Source: the human T2T-CHM13v2.0 reference genome, Homo sapiens. From it: a stretch of 64,000 nucleotides of DNA. A model generated the notes under the pieces. The model did not search any database, had not been told where the DNA came from, and worked only from the letters and a program-made list of their open reading frames with translations. The position numbers and the translations under genes are program-made. Within the stretch, counting starts at the first letter, position 1, and each line of letters opens with the position of its first letter. The stretch lies in the NCBI RefSeq assembly GCF_009914755.1, contig NC_060926.1, one strand, 5' to 3'. This document shows, piece by piece, positions 40,254 through 50,509 of the stretch.

Positions 40254-41557
40254 GATCATTAGCACATAGTTACTGAATAGTGACCTTGTTTTCAGGACCC
40301 CTTAAATATACCTGCTGGACAGTGTTGGCTAGCCCCATTCAAATTCCTAGGTGCCTTTTGGGATTCTAGTCAGTGGTAGGGAATACTCCACTTCTGCTTC
40401 TCCAGTTATTCTAAGGGCTGATAATGCATCCCTTCACACTAGTGTGGGATCTGCTTCCGGGCATGTCTGATGCCTTGCTGATGTCATTGGAGGCAGGCGG
40501 GTATGCTTTCTGTCCTACTACTTTCTGGAAAGTAAGCAAGGTGAGCAGCACATAGACATTGTCCATACATGCTTACATGTTTAACACTGAACAATCCTAT
40601 GTCAGTGAGGTGACTTTTTAGGAAAAGTATTTCATTGTCAGTCTTCCTCTGAAAGCGTCAATTTATGCAAAACCACTGGTGTCAAGGTTTGGGGGGCTGT
40701 TGCTTTCGAGTGTATCAAGTGAATAAGTGGCCACTCTTATTTGAAATTAACTTTAGGGGAAGCAAGATGATTTTTTTAATAAGAAAAAGAAAAAATGTGA
40801 AATATTTCTCTCTTCTTTCTGTGCCACAGTGTCCAAAAAGAGTCCTAAGGATAGATACGGTGTTATTAGATGTTGGCTGAAGCTGGGGTAAAACAGTCCT
40901 CAGTCCTCTGGGCCTTTCTGAGGTCAGGGCTTAGCACCATGTGCGCTTCCTAATGAGCCAGGCTTACTGGGTTTAAATTGTTTCCTTGATCACCATAAAA
41001 AGAATTATAAATTTTATAGAATGGGTGCTTTTATTCAAACATGTTTAGAGATGTGGATATTTTGGAAATAATTAGAAATCAAAACATGCCATAAAACTTC
41101 TGTTGGCTGAAGAGCTATACATAAAGGATAATAGGTGGGTATTTTGCAAGCAACTGAACTGGGATCATAAAATAACAAGTATAACTCTTGCATGGCTAGT
41201 AAGTTATTATCACTCAGTTTCAAACGCCTAGTCAAGACATTGAGACAGACTAGTGGGGAAAGCTGCATGATCTCTACACTGTGCCTCTTTAGCCGGGCAG
41301 CTTGCCCTCCAGCTTGAGAGTGAGCCCCGGTGTTGACTTTGCTGATTTGTGCAGTGGCAGGCCTGCATGCAGGTAGCACTTGCAGTACTTGGGTCTAGCT
41401 GCTCTTCCACTCCCAGCACCTCTGAGATATTTTCAGCACCAGCTGTGTGTCATTTCTAGTTACTGAGCTTTGTGTTTCTGGAGAGGATTTTCCACAGATA
41501 CTGATGCTGATTTCTCTTTCTACCCCTCTTTCTCTCCTCCTTTGCCTCTCCCTTCAG

Positions 41558-41686
41558 TCGGCAGCACCTCTTCCTCACCAGCACTGTTAGGAATCAGAGA
41601 CCCTCGCTCTGAATACGATAGGACCCAGCCACCTATGCAGTATTACAATAGCCAAGGGGATGCCACACATAAAGGCCTGTACCCTG
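41558..41686 (+). CDS. PKP4: PKP4 symmetric (phase 1-1) cassette exon, 129 nt / 43 aa VGSTSSSPALLG...HKGLYP
   Basis: Very long pyrimidine tract ending ccttcag|TC, donor CTG|gtaaga; 129 is divisible by 3. Consistent with the recalled 43-aa difference between long and short PKP4 isoforms. Confidence 0.93.
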
Positions 41687-41874
41687 GTAAGACGCCAGTT
41701 GGGTGTGTGATACAGTCTCTTGAAAAGCCGCATTTCCAGGCGCTTGGCCAGTGGCCTGGGAAGTAGCCTGTGCTTGTATTGAGACAGTCCCCCAGCAGCA
41801 AACCATGTTCCAGTCATTCCCTTTCCTACTTTGGGGATTGTTGCCTTTTCTGCTTGTTTAAAGTAAAACAAGCA

Positions 41875-41949
41875 TGTACTTGTTTGTATGTATGTATGTA
41901 TGTAGTTGTACGGTGGGCACAAATAAAAAGAGGGCTGTATCCAAATAAA
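41875..41949 (+). terminator. Candidate intronic poly(A) site: UGUA array plus AATAAA at 41922 and 41944
   Basis: (TGTA)5 at 41885-41904, further TGTA at 41875 and 41907, then two AATAAA. Confidence 0.5.
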
Positions 41950-43403
41950 TCATTTCTGGCTGCTCACTGGCACAGTCCCTTTGCTCCGTCCCCTCCTGGC
42001 TCGAGCAGTCTCTGTGTTTTCCACATGCATCAGAACCGTCAGCCCAGTGTCACTTTGCAGGGGCCACATCTTCTAGACTGGCTCATCTCTTAAATTCAAA
42101 CCAGAGAATGGAGATCAATTTCATTTACATTTTCATGGAGAAGAGTTTGAATAAATAGCAAAAGGTATAATGTGATTCTTCTCAACGTGATTATTTTTTA
42201 AGAATAACAAACAAAAATAATGTTACATAGTGTTAATATTTTTATATCCTATTCAGAAAGCTGTGCATACAATTTATTTAAAGGATACCAGCCCAAAGGG
42301 TTACTAAGATTTCATACTGTTCCCATTCTCAACCGTCTGGCGATTATAACTACTTTAGATGTTCCAAATAAGTCAGTGTGAGCTACCCCACAAAAAGTAC
42401 TCTTTTCTCAAACCTGTCTATTAAAAATAAATAAAAGCTGGTGGCAGCTTTACTCCTGCTGGGGGGGCAGTCTCCATTGTACTGTTGTCTTTGAAATTGT
42501 GATTTCACAGGACTATTTACTAATCGACTGTTGTTACTATGGCAATTAATAGCTCAGAAAATTGCAGATGCTACATTTCAACACCAAGCTCTGGGCAAAA
42601 GGAAATGCACATACCAACTGAAGTGCATGGTTGCTTCCGATTTGCAGCAGCCTGCTTTATCTTACAGATCACCTCTTTAGCATGCATGCCCTTCTGTATC
42701 TTCTTCGCTTGCTTCAATAAACTAATTTGCCTCAACTACGTTTCATTTTCCTCATTAAAAAAATAAAAATCTTTGCTAGCCTTAATAATAATGGAAGGGT
42801 AACATCATCAGGAGTCTACTATGGACTTTTGAAGACAATTATCTCATTATTACCAAGTTCCTTTTGTATTAAAACATACTTAAATATGCCAGGTACAAGA
42901 CTGTGCCTCCATTGTTGCTCCTTCCTTGACCTGAGATTTTGAATCCCAGTTGTTTGTTTGGAAGGCATGGGGCTTGTTCGAATATTGTGTTTCGCTTCTC
43001 CTCTCTGACCCACTGCTGTAGCTCAGAGCCCTGGAAAAGGAGTGTTCCTCAGCTCAGGATCCCGTGCTGCTGTCCAAAGCCAGCTGGAGAAACCCTCCCA
43101 CATGTGAGCAGAGCTTGAGCAGGAACCTTTGCGCATGGGCTCTGCACTGGCATTGCTTTTTGGGGAAACACACGCAGCCTGTTTTTGCCATAGTTTTGCC
43201 ATTAGCCCCCACCAGCCCTGAGGTAAGCAGCAGCCAGGCCAGATCCAGGGACCCTGAGCTGCTACCTCTCCCAGCCCGCATTGGCACTGGGGAAGACAGG
43301 CCCTGTCGGGGACAGTGCTAGCCCTAGTGCAGGGGAGACCACCCAGCCTAATGGACCAGAGTAATAAGCACTAGTTTTAATTTCATAAAATATTTTCTTA
43401 CAG

Positions 43404-43477
43404 GCTCCAGCAAACCTTCACCAATTTACATCAGTTCCTATTCCTCACCAGCAAGAGAACAAAATAGACGGCTACAG
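43404..43477 (+). CDS. PKP4: PKP4 penultimate coding exon, 74 nt GSSKPSPIYISSYSSPAREQNRRLQ
   Basis: Acceptor ttttcttacag|GC, donor CAG|gtgaat. Confidence 0.95.
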
Positions 43478-45251
43478 GTGAATTTGCAATATCATTTTTA
43501 CAGAAGGCTGATTAGCAGTTAACACAGTAAGGGGTCCACGTCGATTGACTTCCCAGAGCTGGGCCAACATGGCAGGGTCCTAGATGCTTTCCCTGGGGAT
43601 CTTCACTCCTTGGAAACTCAACGTGTGGTTTAAGCAAAGCATTTCCACGGTAGCCTCACGTTCTTGAGTATCCACATCGGTACTGCTGAGACCACCGTGC
43701 CACTGATGGGGACAGCCGAGAAGTCTTTAGTTCATGTCTTTTGCCCAGCAGTGTCCTCTTCCCACTCTTTTTCTGTTAAGCTCTAAAATCTCTTCCAGCC
43801 TCTGAGTGAGGGAAGGTTGGTAAGCACACTTCATGCCCTCATCACATTGTTCTCTTTTGTGTATACCTCGTTCTCCATCTCGCCCCTCCCTGTCCAAGCT
43901 CCACAATTTAAAAACACTGAGTCCATCACCAGGTCTGTTTGTCTCAGTGGTCAAGGTGGACTCAGCCCCTGCCGGGATGGACCTCACTGTGGGAGAGTGG
44001 GACTGGCGGTTATAACACACCCAGGCTTTGCTTTCATGAAGGGCCTGCAGTCAGTCTCAGGTCCTTACCAGTGCCATGGCGAACTTGGACCATCTGGTCT
44101 CTCCTCTTCCCTTTCAATGACACAGAGCAGCTGGAGTTTCCTAAAACAAGACTGTATCCTGTCCTTCAGATAAGGATGTGTTCTAAGACCTCTCCTTCTC
44201 GTCATCTTTTCTCTGTAGGTGGAAGAAAAAGAACTTTCCAAGTTATTCATAATTTATGCTATGGTTTTTTAGTCAGGAAAAATAGACCAGAATCATAACT
44301 CTGGCTTGAAAGGAGAATTTAGCTCTGAAATCCTTATAATGTCAGAATGCATTGAGTTCCAGGACATGACATTGGTTTCTATGTGGTAAATTTGTTACAT
44401 CTTACTAAGTAGGGGGATTTGGGCATAATCAAGAACATAGACATAATAACCATCACAATTTGAAGAAATTAGTGTGAGGTCAAAGCTAAGACTGAACAAA
44501 AGGAAATGGAGAGCAGTGTGCCCTGTGTGGGTGCCCACGTGTGCCTGGTCTTGCCCACTTACAGATGGACTTAGCCCTGGCTTGGGGAAGCCTTTTCCTC
44601 TAGAACCATATTTGCTCACGTGTGTCTCCTAATTTTACTATTCTTCTGCCTTGAGATTGCTTATTCCTTTAATATTACAACTTACAGCAGAGTTTCCAAA
44701 GTGTGACTGTTGTTCACCTAGCCACATACATCTTTTAAAATGTAGGGGTGGACTCCATCTTCATATCTGAAGTAAATGTTCTAAAAGATGGTTCGGTAAT
44801 TATACAATTATCCAAGGCCCAGAAACCCAGTCCTTGACTAAATTAGTGATGTGCTAATAATTCCCCTGTGTCAAACCAAATATCAAGACCATCCTCTCAT
44901 TCGGCATGCCCAGGTAACAGGTGCCTCCACAGCTGAGCACACAGCAGGGCCTCCAGTAAAGAGGGGAGGTTTCTGGGGCCACCTGCCCTGAGATCTCAGG
45001 CTTTCTTGAGGCACCTGCTTCTCTAGAGGTCTTAGGACAGGAAACTCAGCAGCCTGCCTGAGAATGCAGCTTAAAATCCTTAGAGTCCAATAGTAAACGC
45101 ATAGTGTGCACCAGAAACAGCTTTTAACCTTAAACTGCAAATATTGAATATTGCTTTAAAAATATGAAGCAGGAAGCCCACATTAATTTTCCTAACACAT
45201 GTATTTTTAAAAAATTGCTTTTATTTATTTGCCTTTTCATTTTGTCAACAG

Positions 45252-45500
45252 CATCAACAGCTGTATTATAGTCAAGATGACTCCAACAGAAAGAACTTTG
45301 ATGCATACAGATTGTATTTGCAGTCTCCTCATAGCTATGAAGATCCTTATTTTGATGACCGAGTTCACTTTCCAGCTTCTACTGATTACTCAACACAGTA
45401 TGGACTGAAATCGACCACAAATTATGTAGACTTTTATTCCACTAAACGACCTTCTTATAGAGCAGAACAGTACCCAGGGTCCCCAGACTCATGGGTGTAG
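45252..45500 (+). CDS. PKP4: PKP4 last coding exon HQQLYYSQDD...YPGSPDSWV-stop (class I PDZ-binding motif)
   Basis: Acceptor ttttgtcaacag|CAT; 83 codons to TAG at 45498-45500; the DSWV end is shared with delta-catenin and ARVCF. Confidence 0.96.
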   Translation, partial: HQQLYYSQDDSNRKNFDAYRLYLQSPHSYEDPYFDDRVHFPASTDYSTQYGLKSTTNYVDFYSTKRPSYRAEQYPGSPDSWV

Positions 45501-45834
45501 CATCAAGATGCCCAACAGAGGAACTCTTTCTTTCTAACCTTGTTCAGATTGAGGTGAAAAGTCCATCTTGCTGATTTGATGATTGAAATGTGAAAGTGAA
45601 GTGGAAGGAATGAATGAAGTGTGTTTTTTTTTTCTTTTTTGAGGAATTATCAGGGAAGTGAGGAAATGTTTGGGAGAGGACTTTCTAAGCTCTATTTAGG
45701 TGTTAGATCTAATTACTTATAGATTCTGTAGTCTGGTGAAGGTGTGGGTGACGTGATGAGAGGTTTGAGAAATGGGTGAAATGAAATGGGGGATATGTAG
45801 GTCAAATCAAATTAAAGATGATTTTTTTAATGTG

Positions 45835-45874
45835 AATAAAGTTATGTTCTGATAGTTTGTACAGAAAAAATAAA
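45835..45874 (+). terminator. Proximal poly(A) signals (AATAAA at 45835 and 45869)
   Basis: Two canonical hexamers followed by U/GU-rich sequence. Confidence 0.55.
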
Positions 45875-46223
45875 ATGGATGCCCATGTTTTATTGCTATT
45901 ACTAAATGTCAAGATTGTATGCTATTATGTCTTGTAAATTTCTTTTGTTGGTGTAAATATGGAAATGCCACATTGGTTAAGTGCCATCATTTGTAATGCA
46001 ATGTGTCACTTGAAAAGAGATTTGAAGAAACTGACAACTTCAAAAACAAATGAGAAGCCCAAGGAACTGTGAGCAATTAAAAGCAAACCGCGACACCCTT
46101 TGTCTCCACCACACATAGTGTACTTTGGAAGCACAACGTCCAGGCTGGTACCGCAGCGCCATGCCCATTCCTCGCCTCGTTCATAGGACACTTCACTGCC
46201 ATTTTCTATTCACATAAAAGAAA

Positions 46224-46310
46224 AATAAATGTGGAAATTTCATCCTTGGAAATGTGTTCTCTATTCTTTTTAAATTTTCTGTATGTATATGGAAAAGCAG
46301 ATTTAATAAA
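46224..46310 (+). terminator. Distal poly(A) signals (AATAAA at 46224 and 46305)
   Basis: Canonical hexamers; a GU/U-rich tract (tgtgttctctattcttttt) follows the first. Confidence 0.6.
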
Positions 46311-47897
46311 CACAAATCTAACTGCATGTTGGAAACAGCTTAAATATATCCAACTATTTTGGACTTTTCCTAGTTTTATATATACTTTGTGAGATGGACC
46401 ACACCAAAGAATTAAGCTATGAACTTTCCTTCTCTGACAATCTAGGTATTTTTATTTCTTGGAATCTATTTCAAATCTAGTACCCTTCACAGTTTTATCA
46501 TGTTTTTCTATATGGCAGCCTGGCCATAACTAAATTGATATAACTAAATTGATACCTTTTTTAGGCATCATTTTTAAGAACTCAGTAACTTCATAAGAAC
46601 AGTGGTTGGGCATTTATTTGGTTGGCACCAATATAATAAAACAAATTCTAAATTATGATCTTGTTGAGTAATTCCTGGATTAGGAATGGGGTAGGGGAAA
46701 GAAGCCCCACAGTAGGGTAGGCAGAGGTCCCCATAGCACCACACAGCATTACTTGGGAGCTTTTCTCCATCTGTGGAGGCAATGAGGGACACCAGGCCCA
46801 AAGTCTGAGGCCTTCTCAGGTCTTGCAGTTTCCACCCTTCAGTCCTAGCTCCTGGATCTTTGTTGGTGTAAATATGGAAATGCCACATTGGTTAAGTGCC
46901 ATCATGGAAAACTAGGAACTAGTTTACCTGTAGCTGTACTAGGAAAACTAGGAACTAACGCCCATGGCAAGTCAAACCCAGAAGTGTTGTCTTAGCTCAA
47001 TATACCCTGCAAGTGTAATACAAATCACAGATTAAAACATTTGTACTTATATTTGTGAGTATATGGAAAGACACCCAAGAGAAAGCTGCGTTTTCTTGCC
47101 GAATGGACAGCAGCCCAAGATGAGCATCCAAAGTGAAATGGAAATACCAGTGCGAGCATGAAAGTTCCTAAGATCTGCAAGCCGGGAGCCCTTCTGGGGT
47201 GCCTTCTGAAGAACACTCGAGCCAGCTTGCGGAGTCGACTGCCCAGCTACTGAGCCCTGGCTGCCTCATACCTGGCGGAGCTCAGCAGACAGCCCTTGTT
47301 AGATGGCAGAGGTCGCCAGATGTTCCTGAGGAACTGGCATCAGGACTTCTGGGACGTAACCACTTCAGTTTCCAATCACTGACTTCCCTGAACCTGGTAT
47401 CTTCAGATCTGGGTTGAAGCTGAAGGCTCAGTTGGGGAATCAGGAAAACAAGGGAATCGGAGCCAGCCCAAGCCAACTGACAATAACTTTCTTTTAGTGA
47501 CTGCATTAGTTTGGGGTAATGCTGTAACAGGCAGCATTTCAAAAACGGATCCAAATTTGGGTTGAAAATAACTCACCTGGGTCTCCAATCAGACCTAACA
47601 GAGCCAGAAAGAGGCCTGTACACGGGGACTGGGCAGAAGATCTAATGCCGTTTAAGACTCCTCCCTTGAGACCAGAGAAAAGAAACTGCAGACACAGCCT
47701 GAATGATACAAAAGTGCATCATTGATGAAAAAACAAAGCCTACTGTTCCTTCAAGGTGTGGGAATAAACAAGCTCTGCTAAAACAAAGTTGACTTTTTAT
47801 TGCTGTCCTTACGTCACTAAGTAGCATGTAGAATTCAGCCCACTTCCACCCTGTTCCAGAGGGTCAGGGCTGAACTGAGCCAATGTCAGTGAGCTAA

Positions 47898-48043
47898 ACA
47901 AGGGTTTCCTTACCGTGATTGCACATTAAGAGTCACCTGGACCCCACCCTGACCACTCAAAACCACAGAGGTGGTGTCCAGACATCAATATTCCTGAAAA
48001 GCTCCCTGGGTGATCACAGCATACAGTCCAGTGAGAGCCACTT
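47898..48043. mobile_element. MER5A-like MITE
   Basis: tgcacattaagagtcacctggg...aaaagctccctgggtgatc. Confidence 0.65.
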
Positions 48044-48784
48044 GGTACTACTCCCCATTCTCCCTCCATCCCTTGATGCCGCACCACCTGAAAATTTAGC
48101 AGCTGGGGTTTAGGGTGCGGAGTTTGCCTAGAAGAGAGGGATAGATTTGGAGTGTTATCATTGAGATCTTAAACTTGGAAAGTCAGATGTGAGGTTTTTC
48201 TTTTTGCCAGAGTATGTCTTTTTGCCTGCGCACACTTGTTTAAGGTTATGTCCTTTGAAGTCCATGAGTATCAGAAGTGATGACCACACAGTCCCGTAAC
48301 TGTTCCAATCATTAATCCCTGGCCAGTGTTCTGTTGTCCACCTGATGCTGATTCTTGCACTGAAATACCAACAGGTCACTTTATTGACTGCTGACTATGT
48401 GCTCAGAGTACCACATACATTATCATCTAACCCTCACAGCACATGTGTGACATCTGTACTAACAGCCCATTTAACATATCCTGAAGCAAACTTGGAAGAC
48501 TAACTTGCTGAAGATCATACAGCCAGTAAGGGGCCATTAGCATTACACTCAACTACATTGCCAGTGGTTTTCATATTTAATAATTTGAGTTTCAGCTGAA
48601 CTTCTACAAAGTGTTTTTCATCATTGCTTCAAATTTGCCAAAGGACTTTCTATTACTACTCTAAAAGGAGAAAACCATCACTTGCCATAAACTTTGGGCA
48701 AGTGATGGTTTTCTCATATACTTTTTTAGTAACCATAAAAATGAACAATTAACTATTAAACATAAAAAATATCAAATTGTTTTT

Positions 48785-48949
48785 AATTAGCTGGGCATGG
48801 TGGCATGCACTTGTAATCCCAGCTACTCAGGAGGCTGAGGCAGGAGGATCACTTAAGCACAAGAAGTCAAGGCTGCAGTGAGCTATGATTGCACCACTGC
48901 ACTTCAGCCTGGGTGACAGAGGGAGACCCCATCTCAAAAAAAAAAAAAA
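48785..48949 (+). mobile_element. Alu right arm (AluJ/FRAM-like)
   Basis: aattagctgggcatgg...gagctatgattgcaccactgc...poly(A). Confidence 0.92.
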
Positions 48950-49289
48950 TGCCTACGTACCACCAAAATTTATCTTGTCTACCACCACTGGTGTTACATG
49001 AACCTCATTTTGGGAAACTTGAGTTCTGATTATTCTGATGTGTGTGATGATTTAGGTTTGGCTGATAACTCCCCCTAAAAGAATGCTGTGAGCTATGCCT
49101 ATTAATATAAGCCACTAAAAATCTGTCACTAGGCAACCCTCCCATTTGGGGGCCTCAGCAGTACATTTGATGGAACACTTATCCAAACCTATTGGATGGT
49201 GGTTTTATTTCCATGATCAAACTGGCTTAAAAGGAAAAGACATTTGAAAACTTGGCCATTGCTATTCACTTATTAGATTTTTAAAATAC

Positions 49290-50035
<746 letters not shown>

Positions 50036-50156
50036 TTTCTTCAAAAATCAGTAAGGAAATACACAACATTGTCTGAGACTTAGTTTTATGAACTAGAATC
50101 AAAATTTTGATTATTAGTCTCCCATGAGTTAAGAAAAATAAACAAAACATAATTCC

Positions 50157-50509
<353 letters not shown>

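Larger units (their letters stand above)
45501..46330 (+). other. PKP4: PKP4 3'UTR (end approximate; a longer form is possible)
   Basis: AU-rich, repeat-free sequence after the stop, with clustered AATAAA hexamers. Confidence 0.75.

Noticed and set aside
41432-41452. REST/RE1-like TTCAGCACCA upstream of the cassette exon
   Set aside because: Only the left half-site matches; there is no GGACAG right half
41558-43410. CAG exactly 7 nt after the acceptor in two consecutive exons (41564 and 43410)
   Set aside because: Explained by Ser AGC codons in phase-1 exons; no reason to infer design
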